Shown: piece by piece, positions 15,980 to 25,107 of the stretch | Layout: the number at the start of each line of letters is the position of its first letter | Numbering within the stretch: the first letter of the stretch is position 1 | NCBI GenBank assembly: GCA_964409445.1 | Contig: CAYPDN010000005.1 | Coordinates: forward strand, 1 to 34,880 | Direction: 5' to 3' | DNA from: an uncultured Granulosicoccaceae bacterium | GTDB lineage: Bacteria; Pseudomonadota; Gammaproteobacteria; Granulosicoccales; Granulosicoccaceae | Length of the DNA stretch: 34,880 nt | Program-made: the position numbers and the translations under genes | Notes under the pieces: generated by a model | What the model was told of the DNA's origin: nothing | Seen by the model: the letters and a program-made list of their open reading frames with translations, nothing else | Database searches by the model: none

Positions 15980-18262
15980 TTGACAGACATCAGCTATCAT
16001 GAGGCAAGTGGCCCTGGGCATACGGCAACGTGCACGAGGCAATCTGAAAAACCGTTTTCCAGGAGTCGGTCATTGGCCAGTCTTTGGCGTTTCACACGTT
16101 ATTTAGTAGCGGTATCGATCCTCAGTCTGTCCATCGGACTGTCTGTTGGTCAGACAATGGCGCAGACCATGGACGGAGCAGAGGATATCGCTCGCCTGTC
16201 GGATGAAGAGGTACGCCGACTGCTACTGGAAAAGCTTCAAACAACGGCACCCGGAAATCGACCCGATGTTTTATTCAACCCGGCGGTCGTAGCGGTCAGG
16301 TTCCAACGCAACTTTGCAAAAGTAAAAGAAAGAGGTGGCAAGATTGTCGCCGCATTTGCAGAATTTTCATCTCTGCCCGGCCGCTGGTGGGCAAAGATGA
16401 CAGACGGGCGCGACGGGCGTGCATTTGGCTGGTTTTTCCTGGTGTTTATTATCTCTACAGCGATCGGCCTGATCGCGGCAGTACTGATCAAGCGCTGGTT
16501 GCGAAACACTGCAACCAGAAGCTTAGGGCGGCACCCATCCAACACTCTTTCACTGGCAACACAAGCGGTAGGTGGTCTCGGGGTAGAACTGGCAGCAGTG
16601 CTGGTTGCAGGTGTGACATCCACTGCAGTGTTTTTCCTTTCAGGCATCGATGATTCCCGTGACCGGACTTTCTTTTTCTTTCTGTTGGCTGCAACGTTGA
16701 TTGTTATGGCGACCGTCGGTTTAAGTCGCGTAGTGCTTTCGCCTAAGAATCAGGCGCTGCGAATTCCGATGTACACAGATAAAGAGGCCCGGCGGTTGCA
16801 CGGCTCCATCATGCTTACCATCGCGTTTGCTGCATTCGGCTTCTTTGCCTGTGCGTCATTTGGCGTACTGGGCATTCGCGGCCATGTACATGAATTATTA
16901 TTGAGTCTGGTAGGCACCGGCACTGCGGTATTATTGTCAATCACTATCTGCATCAATCGCAAAGCGATTGGCAACGACATTATGGCGGGATCCGCACAAC
17001 CCGGAGTGGTGCGCAGAATGATTGCGCAGGTCTGGCCGTATGTATTTTCCGCCGTTCCTATATTGATGTGGATAGCATTACTCGCCTGGCAGTTACTCGG
17101 TGGCGTCGCATTATATGGTGCGGCATTAGTTACCATTGTACTGCTGCTATTGTTGCCAATTACCGAATCGGCATTGAGCCGCGTTTCTACCTTGCTTGAA
17201 GCACAACGCAAACCCTCGACAGCTGTCATTGCACGTATCAGTCGACTCGGGTTGTTTGTTGTAGCGGTATTAATTCTTGCGGCTATCTGGCGTGTAGAAC
17301 TATTCTCCGCAACAGACACCGGTCTCAGCGCAATCGCTACCAAAGCACTTACTCAGATCGCCTCTATGGTATTTATTTGCTACGCGATCTGGCAGGTTGC
17401 AAAGGTGACCATCAATCGAAAAATCGCCGAGGAAGACGAAGCATACATTGCAATGCACGGTATAGATTCAATGGAGGCTGAACAGGGAGGCGAAGGTCGG
17501 AGCCGCGCCAGAACGTTGCTACCCCTGCTCCGTCGAAGCATTGCAATCGTTCTTCTGGTAATGGCTGTGCTGGGCGCACTGTCAGCACTGGGTGTGGACA
17601 CAGGACCCATTCTTGCCGGTGCCGGTGTTGTGGGGCTGGCGATAGGATTTGGCTCCCAAACACTGGTACGCGATATTGTTACCGGCTTCTTCTTTCTTAT
17701 GGAAGATGCCTTTCGCATAGGTGAATACGTCGATGTCGATGCTGCAAAAGGCACGGTAGAAGAAATATCTGTGCGCTCCATGAAGCTCAGACATCACCGT
17801 GGTGCTTTAAACACTGTGCCGTTTGGCTCGGTCAATGTGATAAAAAACTTCAGCAGAGACTGGGCGATTATGAAACTGAGGGTTCGAGTACCTTTTGAAA
17901 CAGATCTCAACATGGTGAGAAAATTACTTAAGAAAGTCGGTCAGCAAATGATGGAAGAAGAAGCAATCAAGGATGACTTCCTGCAACCGTTTAAAGCACA
18001 GGGTGCTGTGGAAGTAGATGACTACGGGTTTGTAATATCGACCAAGTTTATGTCAAAACCCGGTAAGCAGTTCTACATACGCCGTTTCGCTTTTCAGGCA
18101 ATGCAGGATGCATTTGAAGAAGCAGGAATTCCGTTTGCCAGACCTAAAGTACGTGTGGAAGTAGAAGACAATTCGTCTGACGAGAGTACTCCGGAGCTTG
18201 CAAAACATGCTGCTAGTGGCGCTGCATCAGCGGCCGCCCAGCAGCCCAAGCCGGCACGATAG
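15980..18262 (+). CDS. Large MscS-family mechanosensitive ion channel
   Basis: Multi-TM N-terminal region followed by the conserved MscS pore/beta-domain segment GAGVVGLAIGFGSQTLVRDIVTGFFFLMEDAFRIGEYVDV...GTVEEISVRSMKLRHHRGALNTVPFG. TTG start is uncertain. Confidence 0.85.
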   Translation: MTDISYHEASGPGHTATCTRQSEKPFSRSRSLASLWRFTRYLVAVSILSLSIGLSVGQTMAQTMDGAEDIARLSDEEVRRLLLEKLQTTAPGNRPDVLFNPAVVAVRFQRNFAKVKERGGKIVAAFAEFSSLPGRWWAKMTDGRDGRAFGWFFLVFIISTAIGLIAAVLIKRWLRNTATRSLGRHPSNTLSLATQAVGGLGVELAAVLVAGVTSTAVFFLSGIDDSRDRTFFFFLLAATLIVMATVGLSRVVLSPKNQALRIPMYTDKEARRLHGSIMLTIAFAAFGFFACASFGVLGIRGHVHELLLSLVGTGTAVLLSITICINRKAIGNDIMAGSAQPGVVRRMIAQVWPYVFSAVPILMWIALLAWQLLGGVALYGAALVTIVLLLLLPITESALSRVSTLLEAQRKPSTAVIARISRLGLFVVAVLILAAIWRVELFSATDTGLSAIATKALTQIASMVFICYAIWQVAKVTINRKIAEEDEAYIAMHGIDSMEAEQGGEGRSRARTLLPLLRRSIAIVLLVMAVLGALSALGVDTGPILAGAGVVGLAIGFGSQTLVRDIVTGFFFLMEDAFRIGEYVDVDAAKGTVEEISVRSMKLRHHRGALNTVPFGSVNVIKNFSRDWAIMKLRVRVPFETDLNMVRKLLKKVGQQMMEEEAIKDDFLQPFKAQGAVEVDDYGFVISTKFMSKPGKQFYIRRFAFQAMQDAFEEAGIPFARPKVRVEVEDNSSDESTPELAKHAASGAASAAAQQPKPAR

Positions 18263-18385
18263 TGCAGATTTACTCGCAGCGTAACCGGCAACAACAAAAA
18301 GTGAGTGAACCATGCTCAGACTACGGTGAGATCGCACAACACAACTTACTAAATCACGGCGCTCTCGCATACAGGTATTCCAGCA

Positions 18386-19426
18386 TTGAGCTTTAGTGCA
18401 TTATTTTATATCGAACAAAATTACGCCTACGCGATTTTACGGCCCCTGCAGACAGAAATTATTGCTCGCGGAGGAAACGTTCACTGGCTGCTTGCAGGTA
18501 ATGACATTGATGAGAGATTCCTGCATTCAGAGGAAAGCCGCGTTCTCGACACAGCAGCAGCCATTGCATTAAACCCCGCTGCCGTATTTGCACCGGGAGA
18601 CCGTGTGCCCGCATTTATCCCCGGGCTAAAGGTTCAGGTATTTCATGGCTTAAATGAAGACAAGCGCGGAAATCAGTATCCGGAGCGTGGTCTTTTTGAT
18701 TTATATTGCACCGAGGGGCCGGGACGAACCTCTATGTTGCAACCACTGGCGGAGCAACACGGGTATTTTCAGGTACACCAAACCGGATGGCTAAAACTCG
18801 ACAGCTTGTTTGCTTATCAGCCGGAGATGGATAGAGACAATATTCACCACACCCAACGTCCAACGATTCTATTTGCCTCAACCTTCACAACCAAACTCTC
18901 AGGTGCCGAGGCACTATATCCGGAGATCAAGCGCCTGAGCGAACATGGACCATGGCATTGGATAGTTACCCTACATCCCAAAATGGCGGCAGAAACCGTG
19001 GCAAAGTATCGATCATTAGAGGGATCAAATTTGACCTTTTTTGATAATGATCAAGTAATAGAAGCGCTACACACTGCAGATATAATGGTTTGTGATAATT
19101 CTTCCGTCCTGCAGGAATTTCTGTTGTTAAAAAAGCCCGTTGTGACTTTTAGAAACCGCGCACCAGCTGAATACCTGCTGGACATTGATGACCCTGCATT
19201 GCTTGAAAGTAGCATTGAACAAGCACTGAACGCCACGACTGATTTAAAGCAGGCGATTGAAGAATATGGTGCATCCATTACACCGTTTCTTGATGGACAA
19301 TCAGCTGCACGTGTCTACCTGGCAGCCAAAGCAATGATCGATTCAAATTGGCAGAACAAAAAGCCTGCAAATCTTTGGCGTAACTGGAAAATGAGATGGC
19401 AGTTAAAGTACTTTAGTATTTTCTAA
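18386..19426 (+). CDS. CDP-glycerol glycerophosphotransferase (TagB/TagF, Glyphos_transf)-like protein
   Basis: TILFASTFT, VTLHPKM and ADIMVCDNSSVLQEFLLLKKPVV resemble the PF04464 pattern (ilYAPTwR...HP...D.litDySSv.fdf). TTG start. Confidence 0.6.
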   Translation: MSFSALFYIEQNYAYAILRPLQTEIIARGGNVHWLLAGNDIDERFLHSEESRVLDTAAAIALNPAAVFAPGDRVPAFIPGLKVQVFHGLNEDKRGNQYPERGLFDLYCTEGPGRTSMLQPLAEQHGYFQVHQTGWLKLDSLFAYQPEMDRDNIHHTQRPTILFASTFTTKLSGAEALYPEIKRLSEHGPWHWIVTLHPKMAAETVAKYRSLEGSNLTFFDNDQVIEALHTADIMVCDNSSVLQEFLLLKKPVVTFRNRAPAEYLLDIDDPALLESSIEQALNATTDLKQAIEEYGASITPFLDGQSAARVYLAAKAMIDSNWQNKKPANLWRNWKMRWQLKYFSIF

Positions 19427-19491
19427 CTCGTTACTATTGTTTATACACCGTTTAATTTCCTACATCAGTACCGGATGTACTTCGCAGAATA

Positions 19492-20550
19492 ATGCACAAC
19501 CGACTCCCACTACAATCTCCGCCCAAAAAGATTTGCGTATTGCGCCTGTCGGCACTTGGTGATGTAACTCATGTCATACCGCTTATTCGGCAAATTCATC
19601 AACAATGGCCTGAGTGTGAAATCACCTGGGTATGTGGTGTATTCGAGTACAAGCTTCTCAAAATAATTCAGGGTGTTAAATTTGTCCCGTTTAATAAAAA
19701 GGAAGGATTCAAAGCTTATCTAAAGCTTCGAAAAGACCTCCAAAACGATACCTTTGATATCTTGTTACATATGCAGGTAGCAGCAAGAGCAAGCCTTGCA
19801 AGTTTATGTGTAAAGGCAGATATACGACTGGGCTGGGACCGGGGAAGATCCAGAGACCTGCAACATTTGTTTATCAATCACGCCGTGCCAACTGCTGTTA
19901 TGCAGCATCAGCAGGAAGCATTTCTTTCATTCGCAAGTACCATTGGATTGAATCCTTCTGTCCCGGTCTGGGACTTACCGGTTACCGAGAATGCAAAAAA
20001 ATATGTAGATAAATATCTCACTACCACAAAACCGGTATTACTTATATCCGCGTGCTCCAGTCACCAACGCAGAAACTGGTCTGCGGAGCGCTATGCAGCT
20101 GTTGCAGATTATGCAATTCAAGCTCACAACATGACTGTCGTACTGAGTGGCGGACCCTCAGAAATAGAACTGGAAATGTCTAACGCTATTAGCAACAAAA
20201 TGCAGCATGACGCACTAAACCTGGTCGGCAAAGACACGTTGGAGCAACTTATCGGGCTATTGAGTAAAGCGCAGATTGTTCTTTCGCCCGACTCCGGTCC
20301 AGCACATCTGGCCAACGCTGTCGGAACCACTGTGATTGGTTTGTACGCCTGTACGTGGAGTAAAAGAAGCGGGCCTTACAATTCCCTTGAGTTTTGTGTC
20401 GATAAATTTGAAGAAGCTGCCTTATCTCACAAGCATAAAACAGCATCAGAACTGTATTGGGGCACAAAAATAGAGCTGCCAGGTATAATGGATTTGATTA
20501 CTGTTGAAGAAGTATGTCGAAAAATAGATGTTGCTCTGGTAAAAAATTAG
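19492..20550 (+). CDS. Glycosyltransferase family 9 (LPS heptosyltransferase-like)
   Basis: ICVLRLSALGDVTHVIPLIRQI...ITWV at the N-terminus and SPDSGPAHLANAVGTTVIGLY near the C-terminus are GT9 hallmarks. Confidence 0.85.
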   Translation: MHNRLPLQSPPKKICVLRLSALGDVTHVIPLIRQIHQQWPECEITWVCGVFEYKLLKIIQGVKFVPFNKKEGFKAYLKLRKDLQNDTFDILLHMQVAARASLASLCVKADIRLGWDRGRSRDLQHLFINHAVPTAVMQHQQEAFLSFASTIGLNPSVPVWDLPVTENAKKYVDKYLTTTKPVLLISACSSHQRRNWSAERYAAVADYAIQAHNMTVVLSGGPSEIELEMSNAISNKMQHDALNLVGKDTLEQLIGLLSKAQIVLSPDSGPAHLANAVGTTVIGLYACTWSKRSGPYNSLEFCVDKFEEAALSHKHKTASELYWGTKIELPGIMDLITVEEVCRKIDVALVKN

Positions 20551-20591
20551 GGTACAAAAGTAAGATGTAACCCAATGCTCTGTTGCGCGAG

Positions 20592-21680
20592 TTATTTCAT
20601 TAATAATGACTGAAAATACTCAATATACTTTTGAATTGTCAATGCGGAAGAAAGCTCGTTTTTAATTTTCTCCTGACAATTTGCCGATAGTTTTTCAAGA
20701 ATATCCGGATTATCGTGCAAGTACCTTATTTTTTCAGCGATACCACTGGCATCTCTAACAGGTACAACATAGCCATTCACTCCATCTTCAATGATTTCCA
20801 TGCTGCCTTCATTAGCAGATGTGATGACAGGTGTTTTATAAGCAAGTGATTCCAGTATCACACGTGGCAGCCCTTCACGAATTGAAGGCAATACCAGTAC
20901 ATCACAAGCCGCAATAACTTCCGGAGCATCATTTCGATACCCGGTCAGGTGTATTCTGCCCTTCATACCACTTTTTTCTATTGCAGATACATAGGGCTCT
21001 GTCGAAATGTTTTTACCAACCAATAGAATATGTAGATTTTTTAGGTCCGCCAACTCTTTCGCGGCTTTGATAACATAAATCAATCCTTTATGGGGTCGAG
21101 CGTTGGCAACACAGGCAACATTGAAATTACTTTTATCGGTTTTAAACGCCGTCAAATCTGTTTCGGGATTCGTATACCAAGCCAGATCATGCCCTTTGTA
21201 TATAGTAACCACGTTGTCACTAGTGCGATTCCAAATGCGTGTTTTTACATGTTTCTCTACAGCATGTGAAACACAAACGACTCCATCTACCCGCGGATGT
21301 AGCACCGTAAGATAAGTACTGGGGTCACGACGATATAAACCACCAGTCGTGCCTCTGTAAACCACCAGCTTTACATTTTGACCAATAGCTGCAAATGCCG
21401 CATTAGGAATGTTGCGAGAATTAGTGGCGTAGACGATCTCAATATTATTTTCTCTAATGGTGCGTCGAATTAGTTTTATGGTTTTTAAACTAATTTTTTT
21501 ACCGGATGAACTGTTAACTACCTGAATACCATGCTCTACAAAGCGCGGTATATACTGGTTGTCAGTATCAGTGACTACGGTAACGTTGTGGCCAGCTTTA
21601 GCAAGGCCTACAAATATTTCAGATTCCGGTCGTGCGCTTGTGTAAGAACCACCAGACCCCGGCAGTATCAGTAGATTCAT
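20592..21680 (-). CDS. Glycosyltransferase family 4 (GT-B, Glycos_transf_1)
   Basis: C-terminal pattern LVGK...DVLVLPSIREGLPRVILESLAYKTPVITSANEGSMEIIEDGVNGY contains the EX7E-type motif. Confidence 0.85.
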   Translation of the reverse strand: MNLLILPGSGGSYTSARPESEIFVGLAKAGHNVTVVTDTDNQYIPRFVEHGIQVVNSSSGKKISLKTIKLIRRTIRENNIEIVYATNSRNIPNAAFAAIGQNVKLVVYRGTTGGLYRRDPSTYLTVLHPRVDGVVCVSHAVEKHVKTRIWNRTSDNVVTIYKGHDLAWYTNPETDLTAFKTDKSNFNVACVANARPHKGLIYVIKAAKELADLKNLHILLVGKNISTEPYVSAIEKSGMKGRIHLTGYRNDAPEVIAACDVLVLPSIREGLPRVILESLAYKTPVITSANEGSMEIIEDGVNGYVVPVRDASGIAEKIRYLHDNPDILEKLSANCQEKIKNELSSALTIQKYIEYFQSLLMK

Positions 21681-21683
21681 TGA

Positions 21684-22091
21684 TCAGCTGTAGTCCTGAT
21701 AGGACTTCTCTTCAACTATTTCCGAGTTGAGGTGCAGGTTGACGCGCTTTTTTACATCGGCGCGTTGATCGTTAGTGACATAGACACTTCTGGCAAGCTC
21801 GATAAACCTGTCACCAAATCTTTTATTGCGCTCTTCCTCCCTGATGTCATCTTCAATCACCCATAAAGACTCATTAATAGATTTTAATTCTTCACGCATG
21901 GAGACCAGCTCAGTATCACTGGCAACTGACTCGTGCCAAACTGCATTTAACAATGCCAGCTCTTTATTTACGTGCAACTTTTTTTCTACGGACTCAATAC
22001 GTTTAGATTTAATTTCGAGAATTGTGATTTTATCCAGCAATTCACCAGGAGAGATTGGAATGAGTATACTTTCTTTAGCGGATACCATCAT
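21684..22091 (-). CDS. DUF6165-like protein, co-transcribed with the GT4 gene
   Basis: PISPGELLDKITILEIKSKRI matches my recollection of DUF6165. Its stop is 3 nt from the GT4 start codon. Confidence 0.6.
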   Translation of the reverse strand: MMVSAKESILIPISPGELLDKITILEIKSKRIESVEKKLHVNKELALLNAVWHESVASDTELVSMREELKSINESLWVIEDDIREEERNKRFGDRFIELARSVYVTNDQRADVKKRVNLHLNSEIVEEKSYQDYS

Positions 22092-22313
22092 TGGTGCTTT
22101 TGCTTTGCCCGTAATAAAGTAGATTGGAGGTTAACCGGTAGCGTACAGGCATCTCAAATAGCTCATTGAGTATCACCTGCTTCGCGCAGAATCGCCAATA
22201 TACAGGAACAGTCACGGCAATAACATGAGAGGTAATCCAGAAAAACTAACGGTTCCAGGAGGGTACAAATTATCTCGCAAAACCTTGCGGTACGAAAAGT
22301 TAAAAGTATAACG

Positions 22314-22332
22314 GGAGGGTACTGAACCCTCC
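22314..22332 (-). terminator. Candidate intrinsic terminator downstream of prc
   Basis: On the minus strand: GGAGGGT-TCAGT-ACCCTCC (7-bp GC-rich stem) followed by CGTTATACTTTTAACTTTT. It lies about 100 nt after the prc stop. Confidence 0.45.
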
Positions 22333-22428
22333 GCTATTGGGAGGGGTCATTGATTGTTGTCGGAGCTGCCAAGCCCCAATAGCTAAATCAGGGAAGTGCT
22401 ACGTCAGGGAAGCAGCACGCTTCAAGTA

Positions 22429-24585
22429 TTACTGTTTAGCTGCACTATCTATTATATCGCTAAGCACATTTGCCGCTTCCTCGAGGATGATGTCGGGAAA
22501 GCCGCCATCGTCATCTCCATCGCTGCCTGATGCACCAAACGCTTTGCGGTAAAGCTCCTCACGTTCTTCTCGATCAGTTCTTCGCTCTTGAATTTCCTGC
22601 TTTCTATCAGCCTCCAGAAGCGAGACGTCTCGCTGCGCACGAGCATCACGCTGTGCCTCCAACTCTTCTATTAACAGCTTAAAAGAGTTGTTGCCACGGT
22701 AGCGCGATTCGTGTCGGAACTGTACATGGCTATAGTTTGGTTCACCCTCTGACCAGGCATCAAAGTTAGCTACAGCCACTTCGGCCCACGGCAAGGCATT
22801 GTCCAGGCTGCGCTCGCCTTGTGCATCAGAATCCATGGCGGTGGGAAACAATACGTCAGGTACAACACCGCGATGCTGAGTACCTTCGCCATTGACGCGG
22901 AAGAACTGCGCGATGGTTACTTTTAATTGTCCAAGCAAGCCTTCTTTATCCAGCGGCACAACGCTTTGCACTGTGCCTTTGCCGAAAGTTGGCTCACCGA
23001 GTACCACTCCGCGACCGTAGTCCTGTATCGCTGCCGCGAAGATTTCTGAAGCAGATGCACTGCCGCGATCAACTAGAACAGCCAGCGGGCCACCGTATAC
23101 CACTGAAGAATCGGTATCATCTTCTGTATTTACATCGCCCCTCGCATCTTTGATTTGCACGATCGGGCCACTTTCTATAAACAAACCGGTTAACTGTGTG
23201 GCTTCAAGCAGTGAACCACCACCGTTGCCACGCAGATCAATGATGACACCATCAACACCACCATCTGTACTGGCCAGTTCACCCAGCAACCGCCGCACGT
23301 CACGGGTGGTACTTCGGTAATCTGGCTGTCCCTGCGCTCTGGCCGCAGAGTCCAGATAAAAAGTCGGCAGATCAATCACTCCAACGCGACGTGCCTCGCC
23401 CGGTTTTGGCACTTCAACTATAGAGCTTTTAGCTGCCTGCTCTTCCAGTTTGATTTTGTCACGCACTAACGTGACTATCTTAGGTGGCGAACCTTCCGGT
23501 GCGTTGCCTGGCAAAATCTTTAGTCGCACTGTTGAACCTTTCGGCCCTCGAATCAGATCTACCACGTCATTCAGCGGCCAGCTGACTACATCGACAATTT
23601 CCTCTGTTTTGCCATTACCGACGCCAATAATCCGATCATCAACACCGACCTGCTCACTCAGTGCCGCCGGACCACCGGCAATAACACTACGAACTACGGT
23701 ATTTTCATTTTCGGTTTGCAGAGCTGCACCGATACCCTCCAGTGAGAGACTCATGTTTATTCGAAAATTTTCAGAGGTCCGCGGAGAAAAATACGATGTA
23801 TGCGGCTCTACTGACGCGGTATACGAGTTAATGAAAAACTGAAAAACATCATTGGCTGCCAGCTGGCTGACTCGCCGCTCCATGCGATCGTATCGTTGCT
23901 CCAGTGTCTCTACCAGATTGTCGTCAGCCTGCTCCGCCAAACGCAGGTTTAGCACATCATTCTTAACCCGCTTGCGCCACAGCTCGTCCATCTCTTGTTG
24001 CGACTGCGCCCATTGCGCGTCTTCACGGTTAAAGGTGTACTTTTCATCAATGGTAAAGTCAAAATCACGCTTTAACAGAGCGCGAGCGAATATGGCGCGC
24101 TCCTCCACTCTGGCCCGAAAGCGCTTGAAGACGTCGAATACCGGATTCAATCGCGCGTTGCGAAGTGCATCATCAAATTTGCGACGATAAGGATCGAACT
24201 CTGCCAGGTCACTGGCTAGAAAAAAGTTCTTCTGCGGATCAAGTGTCTCCAGATATCGATCAAAGATTTGTTCAGACAGCTCATCGCCAACCTGCACCCG
24301 CTTGTAGTGATAGCGCTGCATCAGCTGGACAATACCTGCAGTTGCCTGTCGATGCTCCCGCGTCGGTTCAAGCGAATCCAGTGCGACTGCCCGATTGTCT
24401 GCAGACACTGCAACGCTCACCAGCGCACTGGCAGCAAAAACCATAATCCGAGCGAACTTTCGACCGAATCGGCCAGAAATACGCCGTACGGCTAGCGTAA
24501 AATCACTCTTCAGGGGAAGCCGACTAAGCCACTCAAACCGGCGCTGTGGACCGGTACAACGGGGGTGTTGCTGCATTAGATACAA
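22429..24585 (-). CDS. prc: Tail-specific (C-terminal processing) protease, S41 family
   Basis: The length and N-terminal helical domain fit Prc. PDZ segment: GIGAAL...VIAGGPA. S41 core: [10 protein letters not shown]...[34 protein letters not shown]. The start is probably downstream: the ATG at 24444 begins the signal-like [15 protein letters not shown]. Confidence 0.9.
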   Translation of the reverse strand: [718 protein letters not shown]

Positions 24586-25107
24586 TTCCTCGAGGGCTAT
24601 ATAGAAAGACTTTGGACGTGAGGTACTTCAAAAAGGCGACCCGACGGTAAGGCAGTGAGCATTAGCGGTAAAAAGGTTGCCTGGGGCACATGGAGCAGTC
24701 CTCGATTTAGCATTAGCTTCCTTTTAGAACCACTTTTTTCTGACAAGTTCAAAAAGTCTGCCCTGTCTGGTGCCGAACAGCAAGGTGTCTATCAGTACAA
24801 GTTGCTCAACAATGAGTGAATCGAGCTCCAAACACTCAAAAGTGACCTGTAGACGCAAATTACCTAAATTGCCCCAAATCCGGTAAACCGGACCGCACCG
24901 ACAAATTGTCAGGTCAAGACACCCATAGCGGTCTGCCACAGGGCCTGGACAATGAACTACGGAGGCAGAGTAAATTATTAGCCAATATGGTGCCACTCAG
25001 CGGAAGTTACGTTGCACGCCAAAAGCTTAAGAGGGCCACCAATAGAGGAGCAGGAAACAGGCTACGAGGCGGCTATTGCGGCGTGAAAGAACTAAATATT
25101 GGCGACG

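Noticed and set aside
16237-17797. Several long antisense or alternate-frame ORFs inside the MscS gene (136, 197, 133, 88, 83 and 71 aa)
   Set aside because: They fall in a GC-richer coding region where off-frame ORFs arise by chance. Their products are low-complexity (Ala/Arg/Ser/Pro-rich), and the sense frame carries clear MscS motifs.
23450-24604. Plus-strand ORFs (130, 112, 93, 75 and 69 aa) opposite prc
   Set aside because: They are antisense shadows of the prc coding frame. Their Ser/Arg-rich translations have no domain features.
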